Below are positions 1-11,426 of a DNA stretch of 64,000 nt, one piece after another. The stretch covers positions 379,750,001 to 379,814,000 of the forward strand of contig JBNRSN020000001.1 of NCBI GenBank assembly GCA_051313645.2, read 5' to 3'. Position numbers and translations under genes: made by a program. The first letter of the stretch is position 1. Each line of letters starts with the position of its first letter. This DNA comes from Centroscyllium fabricii. Taxonomy: Eukaryota. Under the pieces are notes generated by a model, which was not told the origin of the DNA, searched no databases, and worked only from the letters and a program-made list of their open reading frames with translations.

Positions 1-330
1 CTACCCTCTCCCCATATCCCCCGACACCCCCAACTCTAAGAACTATATCTCACACACATACTCACGGGCAATTTTTTTTTTCGTATCTCCAATTCACCTA
101 GTGAGTTTACAAGTCAGATTGAAACCTAACTCCTGATTTTATTGTCATTTTTATATCAATATCCACCCAACACTGTTTTTGATTGTCATGAAAGTGACAA
201 TATAACTGTGGTCTAACCTTACAATCTGTATTATTCAACCCTGACTAGTTGGATGTGTTATGTTATTTAACTGTAACTACAGAGTTGGAGTTGTAGCAAC
301 AAACTATTGTCCAAAAGGGTTACAGTAGTG

Positions 331-572
331 TGTAGGAAACTGATCTCCTAACAAATAAATCAGCCAACTCGGAGGAGTAACTGCAAAACTAGTCTTTTCT
401 GTTCAAGCTCCAAAAACATTCTAACAACAAAAGCCCGCAGAATGCGCAATGACATCACCAACTGATCTGTTTTCCCTCTCTCTTAAAGGGCAGGGGAAAC
501 CTGTAAGTTAAAGGGGATTTTACATTTAATTATTATGTACAGTCATTTATTCCCCGATGTGGAAATGCCCCT
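331..572 (-). repeat. 3' LTR of element A
   Basis: Starts TGTAGG and repeats 9004-9247; the CA end of this copy is mutated and it abuts the polypurine tract. Confidence 0.9.
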
Positions 573-653
573 TTTCCCCCCCCAGAAACCTCTTCAACTG
601 AAAAAGTCAATCGTTCAGGTGGCTTGATCAAACGGCCATAGCGGCTGTCGTAC

Positions 654-3209
654 TCAGAGAGTGGACGAGGAGGAGTATCTGGGAGGCTGGCAGGTTGAAG
701 AACAGACGAGTCCGGTGGCCGGTCTGACGTCGGACTCGCAGGATGGTCTGCGGGTGACGATGACGAAGAAAAAGAAGAAGACGATTGGCAGGCGGGCGGA
801 CTGGTTGACGACGGGTGTTGCAGGAGGTCTGCTGTGACGTGGAGGAAAATCTGGCTGGACTGGAGAACTGAGGTCTAGGTGAGCCGGCTTCAGATGATCC
901 ACCGAGACGTAGTCCGGCTTTCCGCCGATGTCCAGAATGAAAGATTTGTCTCCCGCCTCCAAGCCATGGAAGGGCCCCGTGTAAGGGGCCTGAAGAGGAT
1001 CTTTGTGCGCATCCCAGCGCACGAAAATGAATTCCGCCTGGTGTAGATCTTTTGGAACATGGGAGAGATGAGGGCCATGCTGGGACGTGGGTACCAGCCA
1101 AAAGCACCTGGTTGCCTCTTGGTGCAGTGATCGTTGTATTGAAGCGGACCACGGCTCTGTGACGAGAGGAAGGAATTCGCCCGGGACTCTGAGTGGTTGC
1201 CCATTAACCATTTCAGCCGAAGAAGAGTTGAGGTCTTCCTTGGTTGCAGTAGGAAGTCCCAGAAGAACCCAGGGCAACTTGACTATCCAGCAGGTATCTA
1301 ACAGGCAGGCCGGCAAGGAGGCCTTCAACAATCTGTGAAAATGCTCACAAAGGCCGTTCGCCTGTGGGTGGTAGGCTGTGGTTCTTTGGAGTTTTGCCCC
1401 TAGCCCATGAGCGATGGCATTCCACAGCTGAGAAGTAAACTGAGGACCTCTGTCTGACAAAATGTCGGCAGGAACTCTGAATCTGCCCACCCACAATGAT
1501 AAAATCGCCCTGGCCACGTCAGCCGCGGTGATGGAGATTAGAGGGACTACCTCCGGCCAGCTTGTGGTGCGGTTGACTACAGTGAGGAGATGCGTGTAGC
1601 CTCGTGATGGCGGGAGTGGGCCAACCAGATCCACATGAATGTGGTCAAACCTTCTCTCAGGCACGGGGAAGAATTCCAGTGGCGCTTTGGTGTGTTGATG
1701 GATTTTCGCCCTCTGGCAAACCACGCATGTGTTCATCCAGTCTCTCACGTCCTTGTGTAGACCGGGCCACATGAACTTCGCTGCTATTAGCTTCTGGGAT
1801 GTCCGCATACCTGGATGAGAAAGTCCATGGATGATATCAAAAACTCGCCTACGACAGGAGGATGGAAATACTGGCTGAGGATCTTTAACTGACATGTCAC
1901 AAAGAAGAGTTGTACCAGCCGCCTGGAAATGAATGTCGGCCAGGCTGAGGCCAGCAACCGACGATCCTAGGGACTGGATTTAGGGCATCAGATGCCCGGT
2001 CCTCTGCCATACTGGCATAGTCCACGCCCAGGTGAACGGTGTGAAGAGAGGGTCGTGAGAGGCAATCTGCCACCATGTTTTCCTTACCGGCCACATGGCG
2101 GATGTCGGTGGTAATTCGGAGATGAAATTGAGCTGGCGCGCAGGCCAAGGTTCCGCAGTTTTTGCCATAGCGAAGGTTAGCGGTTTATGATCATCGAATG
2201 CTATGGAAGGTCGAGCATCTAGCAAAAATCTGAAGTGTCTGACTGCCAAAAACAAGGCGAGTAGCTCTCTGTCAAATGTGCTATATGCCCGCTCGTTCTT
2301 GACCAACTGGCGACTGAAGAACGCTAGTGGTTGCCAAGCCCCGTCGATCCACTGCTGCTGCACTGCGCCAATGGTGTAGTCGGAGGCGTCAGTTGTGAGG
2401 GCGACCGTGGTGCCTGAAATGGGGTGTGCAAAAAGCGTGGCATTGGCCAACGCCCGTTTGGTTTTGTCGAATGCTGAGGACATCTCTTCCATCTATGATA
2501 GCGGCTGTTTGCTCATCTTGCCCCTGGTGGCTTCGTAGAGAGGGCGCATGAGGAGGGCAGCCTTTGGTACAAAACGATGATAAAAATTAACCATACCCAG
2601 GAACTCGTGAAGAGCTTTGACTGAAGTGGGCTGAAGAAAATCCGATACTGCCTGTACTTTGGCCGGGAGAGAAATTACCCCATCCGCCGATATCCGATGG
2701 CCGAGAAAGTCGATCTGTGCAAGTCCGAATTGGCATTTTGCACGGTTGACGATGAGACTGTGCTGACTCAGGCGCTGGAAGTGAGATCACAAGTGTGAGA
2801 TGTGCTCCGCTTTGTCAGTGCCGGCCACGAGGATGTTGTCGAGGTAGACGAAAAGAAAAGGGAGGTCCCAAAGCACCGAATCCATAAGGCAATGGAAAGC
2901 CTGCGCAGCATTCTTCAGCTCGAAAGGCATTCTTAGGAATTCAAAAAGGCCAAAAGGGGTGATGACCACAGTCTTCTGGATGTCAGCCTGGTGAATGGGA
3001 ACTTGATAATAACCCCGGATCGTATCCACTTTTGAGAAGATGAATTTTCCCGCCAGGTGTGCAGAGAAGTCCTGGATATGCGGTATGTGTTAGCGATCAG
3101 ACGTGGTAGCATCATTGAGCTTCCTGTAATCGCCGCAGGGTTGCCAGCCACCGCCCGGCTTAGGGACAATGTGAACAGGAGAAGACCAGGGACTATTCGA
3201 GCGGCGAAC
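654..3209 (-). pseudogene. Element A pol, 3' part (RT, RNase H, integrase), frameshifted
   Basis: ORFs 2787-3029 (RT: [15 protein letters not shown]), 1980-2492 (RNase H) and 654-1895 (integrase with HHCC, DDE-region and GPF motifs) lie in different frames. Confidence 0.92.
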
Positions 3210-3213
3210 GATG

Positions 3214-3458
3214 TGTGTCGGCACGCCCACTAGGACACCGAATCCGCCTCGGGAACACTGCGGGGCATAGCCCCGCCCATTGGGTGACGCGATGACGTCA
3301 CCACGACTTCCGGCGTGATGAGGTCACCAACGGCGGGCCGTTTAAATAAGCCTGCTTCGAGTGGTTCACTCTCTTCTTGTGTTACTGTGATGCATTAAAC
3401 AAGTGTTTTTTCTGTCTCTCTGGCTCACACGTGGGTCCTAGGCCCTGCAGGCGCTACA
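3214..3458 (+). promoter_or_regulatory. 5' LTR of element B with promoter and poly(A) motifs
   Basis: GC box CCCCGCCC 3271-3278, CRE palindrome TGACGTCA 3293-3300, ETS-like ACTTCCGG 3306-3313, TATA-like TTTAAATAA 3341-3349, ATTAAA 3394-3399. Function is inferred from motifs only. Confidence 0.75.
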
Positions 3459-3549
3459 GTGGTGACCTCGACTTGGAACGACTTCCAAAGAAAAAAAGCT
3501 GCCGCAGGATCAAGGATCACCAGCCTAAGGACGCTTAAAAAGGAAATAC

Positions 3550-6500
3550 ATGGCTTCAAGAACAAGGAACCAAGCTCCACGAATCCAAGGACTTGGCCAG
3601 AACTTTGGGCACAGACTTACCCTGCCAGAGTTCTGGGAGCAACGACCAGCGGCCTGGTTCATGTGCATTGAAACCAGCTGCCGCACAACCGGCGTCCAGG
3701 GGGACGACCGCTACGACTTGGTCTTTTCGGCCCTACCGCAATCGACGATCGACCGGATGTGGTCCAAACTACAGCGTGTGCGCACGGCAGGCAGGTATGA
3801 GTTCCTCAAGGCCGCGCTCATAATTTTTTTTACCCCCTCTCAATTTGAGCGCGACTGCCAGCTCCTTAACCTCCCCGAACTCGGGGACGCAGACCCATCA
3901 GACCTTTGGGGTCAGATGCAAGCGCTCACCGCCGATCCCACCTCCGTGTTCCGCACCGTTTTCCTCCTCAAACTACCCCGCTCCATCAGACCGGCCCTGG
4001 CGGGCCTCGGCCAGCGGAGCGGGGACGAGCTCGCTGAGGAAGCCGACAGGCTCATGGCGGCCGAGCGCACCCGCTCAACCACGTGCGAACCTAACGCCGC
4101 ATCTATCGAGTGCAACCACTCGCCCCCCAGGTCCAACCTCATGCCTGAACCTAGGGCCCCGCGCCCACCCAGGCAACCGCGTCCATCAAGCACCGGCTGG
4201 TGCTACTACCACATGCGGTTCGATAATAAAGCGCACCGCTGCGTCCAGCCATGCGCATTTAAGCCACGGCCCACTCCAGCCCCCACTATGTCTGTAGGAC
4301 ACACAGGAGCACTGCTCTTTGTCACAGACACCGGCACAGGCCTCAGGTTCCTCTGCGACACAGGCGCGCAGCACAGCATCGTGCCAGCCTCCCCTGCAGA
4401 AGCCAAACAAGGCACCCGGGGCCCACCTCTCGCAGCGGCCAACGGCTCCAATATAAAAACGTACGGCACCCGCAAGCTCACTATTAGACTTGCAGGCCAC
4501 ACGTATCACTGGGACTTCGTCACAGCCCAGGTCACTTCACCCCTCCTCGGGGCAGATTTCCTCTGCGCCCACGGCCTGCTGGTCGACATGACCCGGCGCC
4601 GCCTGGTCGACATCAATAACATGTCGACCATCCCATGCTCCACAGGGCCCGCACTCCTGGCCCACGCGGCCGCCCAATGCCGCTCTCGGAACTCTGACGC
4701 TTATGGCACACTCCTTGCAGAGTTCCCAACCCTCACCAACCCCACGTTCACCGCCCGCCGGGCCAAACACGGGGTAGAGCATTTTATAACCACCACCGGC
4801 CCTCCCGTCCATGCCCATGCCCGCAGGCTCGACCCGGCCAAACAGGAGATCGCGCGCACCGAGTTCCGCACTATGGAGCAACTCGGTATTATCCGCCGCT
4901 CCAACAGCCCCTGGGCCTCTCCTATCCACATAGCCCCCAAGCCGGGCGGGGGTTGGCGCCCCTGCGGCGACTACCGCCGCCTTAACAACGCCACTACCCC
5001 GGATAGGTACCCCGTACCCCACATCCATGATTTCTCCGTCAGACTAGCAGGCTGCACGATCTTCTCCAAGATCGACCTGGTGCGTGGCTACCACCAGGTT
5101 CCGGTGCACCCGGCGGACATCCCCAAAACGGCCGTCATCACTCCCTTTGGACTCTTCGAGTTTCTTAGGATGCCCTTCGGCCTTAAAAACGCGGCCCAGG
5201 CCTTCCAGCGCCTCATGGACTCGGTCCTACGGGACTTGACGTTCATTTTTGTCTACCTGGACGGCATCCTCGTGGCCAGCACCTCCCCCCAGGAACACCT
5301 CCTGCACCTCAGGACCCTGTTCCAGCGCCTGGTCGAACACGACCTCATATTAAGCCCCACAAAATGCAAATTTGGCCTCCAAATCATTGACTTCCTCGGC
5401 CACCGCATTTCCCAAACCGGGGCCATACCCCTGCCCTCCAAGGTGCAGGCGGTCCAGGAATTCCCCCGCCCGCACTCCATTAAAGGGCTGCAGGAATTCC
5501 TTGGGATGGTTAATTTCTACAACCGCTTTATCCCGTGAGCAGCCGCTCTCATGGACCCCTATACCAGGCCACACGCGGGCAGTCTGGCAAAACCGCGGTA
5601 GAGTGGACGGCCGACGCCGACACCGCCTTCACCGCAACCAAAACCGCCCTGGCTAACGCCACCCTCCTAGCCCATCCTAGGCCCAACGCCAGAGTAGCCC
5701 TCACCACTGACGCCTCCGACCACGCGGTCGGGGCCATCTTTGAACAGTGGACCGGCAACTCGTGGCAGCCCCTGGCCTTTTTCAGCCGGCAACTCCGGCC
5801 CCCAGAGGTCAAGTACAGCGCCTTCGATAGGGAGCTCCTCGCTCTCTACCTCGCAGTGCACCATTTTCGCTTCCTCTTGGAGGGCCGCCACTTTACAGCC
5901 TTCGTCGACCACAAGGCACTCACCTTCGCTATGGCTAAGGTCGCCGAACCCTGGTCGGCCAGGCAGCAGCGCCAGCTCGCGGCCGTGTCGGAGTTCACGA
6001 CCAACATTCAACATATCTCCGGCTGCGACAACGTGGTCGCTGACGGCCTCTCACGCCCCACTATTAACGCCGAACAAATGGCGGTCGATTACGCCCAGCT
6101 GGCAGCAGACCAGCTGGCCGACCCTGACCTGCTCAACCCCGCAGCAAACCTCCCTGGCCTCCACTTGGCCAAAATCGCACATGGCCCCGCTGCCACCGTC
6201 GTCTGCTGCGACGTGTCCCTAATGCAGCCCAGACCCGTCGTCCCCCACGCATAGAGGCGACACATTTTCAAGACCCTCCATGACCTGTCCCACTCCGGCA
6301 CCCGCGCGTCGATTAAACTAATTTCGGCCCGGTTCGTATGGCGCGGCCTGCGCAAAGACGTCCGCGCCTGGGCCAACTCCTGCATTGCCTGCCAGCGCTC
6401 CAAAGTGCACAAGCACATCAGGGCACCGCTGGAAACATTTACAGTGCCGGCCAGACGCTTCAACCACGTCCATATTGATCTCGTCGGGCCACTACCGCCA

Positions 6501-7379
6501 TCCCGGGGCCACACACACGTAATGACCATGGTCGACCGCAACACTCGCTGGCCAGAAGCAGTCCCCCTCGCTGCCACCGGCACCACGGACTTGGCCAGGG
6601 CGTTCATCGCCACCTGGGTCGCCCGTTTCGGCGTGCCCACCGACATCACGTCGGACAGAGGACCCCAGTTTACGTCAGCACTATGGGCGGCCATCGCCCG
6701 CGACCTCGGGGTAACCTTGCATCGAACCACCGCATACCACCCACAATCTAACGGGCTCTGCGAACGGTTCCAACGCTCTATGAAAACATCCCTGCGGGCC
6801 AGCCTCAAAGACGCGTCATGGACCGACCGTCTCCCATGGGTACTCCTCGGGCTGCGCTCGGCAGTCAAAGAGGACCTAAACACCTCGGCAGCAGAACTCG
6901 TCTACGGCCAAGCTCTAACAGTGCCAGGCGAGTTCCTAGCCGAGTCAAACGCTCCCTGGTCAGCCGACCAGTACCTAAAGGACTTTGCCAACCCGGCACG
7001 AGCGTTCCAACCACTACCAGTGGCCCGGCACGGAGAGCCGGCAGCACGCGTACCGGACGGCATTAAAAACTCAAAATTTGTGTTCGTCCGGCGCGACGGA
7101 CACCGATCACCACTACAGCCACCATATGATGGCCCTTATAGAGTGCTTCGGGCGGGAGCTAAAGCTTTCCAGCTTCAAATGGGCAACAGAACAGAAACTG
7201 TTTCAATAGACCGGCTCAAACCAGCACACGTTATAGCGGGCGAGACGACAGTCCCCGCACAACCACCGCAACGCGGACGCCCTCCCGCAACAACACCCGC
7301 CCACACTCCACCGCAGAACCAGGAACAACGCACAACACGTGCCGGCCGCATCATCCGGCCACCCCAATGGCTCACATAG
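3550..7379 (+). pseudogene. Element B gag-pol polyprotein (gag, PR, RT, RNase H, IN) with few lesions
   Basis: CHCC gag knuckle CYYH-x9-C-x3-C, protease DTG, RT (YLDG in place of YLDD), RNase H TTDASD, integrase with GPY. Interrupted by TGA 5536-5538, a 1-bp frameshift near 5555 and TAG 6252-6254. Confidence 0.95.
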
Positions 7380-7420
7380 ACTCTTTTTAATTCTCCCGGA
7401 CAGATTCTGGGGGATAGCTG

Positions 7421-7665
7421 TGTGGCGGCACGCCCACTAGGACACCGAATCCGCCTCGGGAACACTGCGGGGCATAGTCCCGCCCATCGGGTGACGCGAT
7501 GACGTCACCACGACTTCCGGCGTGATGAGGTCACCAACGGCGGGCCGTTTAAATAAGCCTGCTTCGAGTGGTTCACTCTCTTCTTGTGTTACTGTGATGC
7601 ATTAAACAAGTGTTTTTTCTGTCTCTCTGGCTCACGCGTGGTTCCTAGGCCCTGCAGGCGCTACA
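7421..7665 (+). repeat. 3' LTR of element B
   Basis: Near-identical to 3214-3458. Confidence 0.97.
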
Positions 7666-8956
7666 GATGCCCATTTTTCCATTGTCACGAACTCTGCCTT
7701 GGCCACGGCCATTTTGGCTGGATCCAGGCGCCGGGCACGAGCATACACCGGGGGACCTGTGGTGGCAATGTGGTGTTCAACGCCATGTTTAGTCGACGTG
7801 GCCGAAAAAGTTGGCTGCGTGAGTCCAGGAAAATCTGCCAGAAGACGTGAGTAGTCATCCAGTGCGGTCGAGGCGCAGGACAGGATGAGGGCCGGTCTGT
7901 TGCTGCATTGGAACAACAAAGAATTAAATGTGGCCGCATTGATGAGGCGTCGGTCGCGGACGATAACCAGAAGGCCGTGGGGCACACAGGAAATCTGCAC
8001 CAAGCAGGGGCTGTGAGACTGAGGCCGTGATGAAGTCCCAGGTAAACCGCTGTCCACTGAAGCAGATTTCCACTTGACGTTTTCCATAAGTGCGGATGGC
8101 GATGCCATTAGCCACCATGAGGGGAAGTCCGCTCCGACCCGCCAGTTTATCATGGGTGGAAGCTGGTATAAATACTGCACTGTGCACCTGTGTCACAGAG
8201 GAATCGCCAGCCAGAAAGCGAATCGGTGATGTAGAGGAGTTTCCCTGCTGAACCGACGGCCATCGTGGCGGCAGGGGGTCGCTCAGATGAAATCCGCCGG
8301 TGGTGAGGACTCGGTGAGTCGGGCAGGGTATCCTTTTTTTTTGTTGCGAACGTGTAGGGCGGGCGGCAGCGGTGAGCCTTCGCGCCAAAACAGGCGTGAT
8401 AATAACAGAGGCCTACAGCCTGATGAGGTGGGTTGCGCTCCGTGGGGGAGGGGAACCTCGTGGCTGGGCAGCTGAGCTGGGCCACGGAGAAGATTTTGGC
8501 TGCCACGGCTGCGAGCTTGATGCAGTCCGTGATTGGGGAACCGGCGAGGGCAGCTTGAACTTGTTGAGGAAGCTGGGCCAAGAATAAAGCACGAAAAAGA
8601 AAATATTGTGGCTCGGACCCCAGAAGAGTGAGCATTTGGCTCATTAACTGGGTCGGGGTGGAGTCTCCAAGGCCTGGTAGCAAGAGAAGCCTGCATGCTC
8701 TCTCCTCCTTGGATAAACTGAAAACCTGCAGGAGTCTGTCCTTAACTGCCTCGTACTTTCCGGCTTCTGGAGGGTTCCCCAGAAGGTCGATGACTTATGT
8801 AGCGGTGGATCTCTCGAGGGCCGACACAACATGGAGGTATTTTTCTTCATCGTCCTCAACTTTCCACAGGGAGAACTGGGCTTCTACGTGAGCAAACCAT
8901 ATGGCTGCTTGTTGCTCCCAAAAAGGGAGTTTTAAGGCTGCAGCACCGGTAGCCAT
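7666..8956 (-). pseudogene. Element A gag, protease and RT start, decayed
   Basis: ATG at 8956 reads MATGAAALKLPFWEQQAAIWF. CYYHACFGAKAHRC, LCDTGA and HGVEHHIATTGPPV occur in shifting frames. Confidence 0.9.
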
Positions 8957-9003
8957 TATGCTGCGTGGGTCAGTAAAACCATTTACTGACTAGGGGTCAC
9001 CAA

Positions 9004-9247
9004 TTTAGGAGACTGTGATCTCCTAACAAATAAATCAGCCAACTCGGAGGAGTAACTGCAAAACTGGTCTTTTCTGTTCAAACTCCAAAAATATTCTAAC
9101 AACAAAAGCCCACAGAATGCGTGATGGCATCAGCAAATGGTCTGTTTTCCCTCTCTCTTAAAGGGGAGGGGAAACCTGTAAGTTAAAGGGGGTTTTACAT
9201 GCAATTATTATGTGCAGTCATTTATTCCCCGATGTGGAAATGCCACA
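9004..9247 (-). repeat. 5' LTR of element A
   Basis: Adjacent to the PBS; ends ...TGCCACA followed by TSD AGTG. Confidence 0.92.
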
Positions 9248-9351
9248 AGTGTCTGCAGGTATATTATAATGTGCAAAGCCAAAAAGCTAAGAGTATTCTA
9301 ACACACACTATGGGCGCGAAATTCGTGAGCGCACGGATTGGGCGCTAAATT

Positions 9352-10474
9352 ATTTTTTTTATTCATTGATGGGATGTGGGCGTCGCTGGCTGGCTAGGCC
9401 TGCATTTAGTGCCCATCCCTAATTGCCCTTGAGAAGATGGTGGTGAGCCGCCTTCTTGAACCGCTGCAGTCCATATGGTGTACGTACACCCACAATGTTG
9501 TTAGGAAGGGAGTTCCAGGATTTTGGCCCAGCGACAGTGAAGGAGCGGCGATACAGGTCCAAGTCAGGATGGTGTGTGGCTTGGAGGGGAACTTGTAGGC
9601 GGTGCAGTTCCCATGCATCTGCTGCCCTTGTCCTTCTAAGTGGTAGAGGTCGCAGGTTTGGAAGGTGCTGTTGAAGGAGCTTTGGTGAGTTGCTGCAGTG
9701 CATCTTGTAGATGGTACACACTGCAGCCACATTGCGCCGCTGGTGGAGGGAGTGAATGTTGAAGGTGGTGGATGGAGTGCCAATCAAGCGACCTGCTTTA
9801 TCCTGAATGGTGTCGAGCTTCTTGAGTGTTGTTGGAGCTGCACTCATCCAGGCAAGTGGAGAGTATTCCATCACATAACATAATCATAGAAACATAGAAA
9901 CATAGAAGATAGGAGCAGGAGTAGGCCATTCGGCCCTTCGAGCCTGCTCCGCCATTCAATGAGATCATGGCTGATCATCCAAACCCAGTATCCCGCCCCT
10001 GCCCTCTCCCCATTATCTGCGATCCCTATCGAGCCTGCACCGACACATATCCCACCCTATAACCGTAACCCCACATATATAATCCCCCTAACACTAAGGG
10101 TCAATTTATCCTGGCCAATCAACCTAACCCGCACATCTTTGGACTGTGGGAGGAAACCGGAGCACCCGGAGGAAACCCACGCAGAGACGGGGAGAATGTG
10201 CAAACTCCACACTCTTGACTTGTGCCTGGTAGAAAGGCTTTGGGGAGTCAGGAGGTGAGACACTCGCCGCAGAATTCCCAGCCTCTGGCCTGCTCTTGTA
10301 GCCACAGTATTTATATGGCTGGTCCAGTTCAGTTTCCAATCAATGGTAACCCCCCAGGATGTTGATAGTAGGGGATTCAGCGATGATAATGCCATTGAAT
10401 GTCAAGGGGAGATGGTTAGAGTCTCGCTTGTTGGAGATGGTCATTGCCTGGCACTTGTGTGGTGCGAATGTTAT
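9352..10474 (-). mobile_element. 5'-truncated LINE (CR1/Jockey-group RT C-terminus), same family as 21282-26943
   Basis: ORF 9419-9874 MEYSPLAW...LDTIQDKA...HSLHQRR, an A-rich tail at ~9352, and homology to 21282-22320. Confidence 0.88.
9876..10210 (-). mobile_element. Chimeric insert: 5'-truncated HE1-like V-SINE plus CR1-type 3' tail
   Basis: (CATAGAAA)n tail and the CR1-type tail also seen at 41626. V-SINE core GGAGGAAACCGGAGCACCCGGAGGAAACCCACGCAG. Confidence 0.8.
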
Positions 10475-10756
10475 TTGGTGATGTGCTAAAATTTAGCGCC
10501 GCCGCTAAATTAGCGCCGAGATGGCCGATATTGGCATTAGCACTGCCATTGCAGAATTAGGCGCTAATTCACGTCTTGCACAGCTTCCAGGCGGCCAATA
10601 TCTTGCCGCTAATGGCCGTTCCCGGGCGCAGCGCTCCCTCACTAACTGCTTGCTTTCCCATGACCTTTGCAGCCGATTAGGCCTTAAAGGGGAAGCAGAG
10701 CAGCATCTTTCCCTCCCCGTTCTCTAATCCTCTGCCGACCGCGGGCCAACGGCAGC

Positions 10757-11025
10757 CACGATCATCCCTCTCCCCTCCCTGCTCTCCGATCGGCAGCTGC
10801 GGCCATCCTTCCCCCCTCCCCGCTCAGCGATCAGCAGCCGATCTCCTTCCCCCCTCCCCACTCTCCGATCAGCAGCCGATCTCCTTCCCCCCTCCCCGCT
10901 CTCCGATCGGCAGCCGCGGCCATCCTCCCCCCCCCGCTCTCCGATCAGCAGCCGATCTCCTTCCCCCCTCCCTGCTCTCCGATCAGCAGCTGATTTCCTT
11001 CCCCCCTCTCCCGCTCTACGATCAA
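10757..11025. repeat. ~38-40-bp GATC-rich minisatellite, about 7 degenerate units
   Basis: Recurring unit CCGATCAGCAGCCGATCTCCTTCCCCCCTCCCCGCTCT. Confidence 0.85.
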
Positions 11026-11426
11026 CTGGCACATCGGGACGCCTCCCCCCACTCTCTCAGCAAGTGGCCAATCTCGGGCTGAAGAGGGAGGGTGGCCCTT
11101 TTAGCAGCGCTGCAGCGGCCACTCAAACCCGATGCAGCGCTTGCAAAAGCTGGCGCTGATAGCGCGGGGGGCGGTGGAAAGGTGCTAAGCCCAATATCAG
11201 GTGCAGTCCGCCAGGCGGGCGTTGCACACGCATTGTCCCGACGATTGGTGATCGCCAGGCAGCGCAGCACTAACGTTTAGCGCCGGCGCTAACCACTAGG
11301 TCAATTTAGCGCCCGCCGCTAATTTGGGCGCTACGTCAGCGCTGGCGCATTAGCACCGATTTTCGGCGCTAATGGGCTGGTGCTAAGGCGCCAATTCCGC
11401 GGCCAAGGTCTGTAATCAAATATATA

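Larger units (their letters stand above)
3214..7665 (+). mobile_element. Ty3/Gypsy LTR retrotransposon, CsRn1-like clade (element B), full length, young, nested in A
   Basis: 245-bp TG...CA LTRs at 3214-3458 and 7421-7665 with 5 differences counted. 4-bp TSD GATG at 3210-3213 and 7666-7669. PBS TGGTGACCTCGAC at 3460-3472 (tRNA-Trp-like). Purine-rich tract before the 3' LTR. Confidence 0.97.
331..9247 (-). mobile_element. Ty3/Gypsy LTR retrotransposon, CsRn1-like clade (element A), decayed, interrupted by element B
   Basis: Direct-repeat LTRs at 331-~572 and 9004-9247 (about 20 differences by eye). 4-bp TSD AGTG at 327-330 and 9248-9251. PBS TGGTGACCCC (tRNA-Trp type) at 9002-8993. PPT next to the left LTR (~573-590). 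Gag CYYH-x9-C motif, protease LCDTGA, RT, RNase H (TTDASD) and integrase (HIHVDLVGP, SDRGPQF) fragments on the minus strand. Confidence 0.95.
9312..11404. mobile_element. Non-autonomous TIR element (PIF/Harbinger-like ends), interrupted by a LINE fragment
   Basis: Imperfect TIRs GGGCGCGAAATTCG and (rc) GGCCGCGGAATTGG. Many subterminal TTAGCGCC/GGCGCTAA motifs at both ends. Internal tandem repeat. Confidence 0.6.

Noticed and set aside
5536-5560. Programmed read-through or frameshift in element B
   Set aside because: It lies within RT/connection rather than at the gag-pol boundary, has no slippery heptamer, and is best explained as mutational decay.
3593-7465. Many overlapping alternative-frame and antisense ORFs within element B
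   Set aside because: Expected shadows of a GC-rich gag-pol frame; no recognisable motifs and no env-like ORF between integrase and the 3' LTR.
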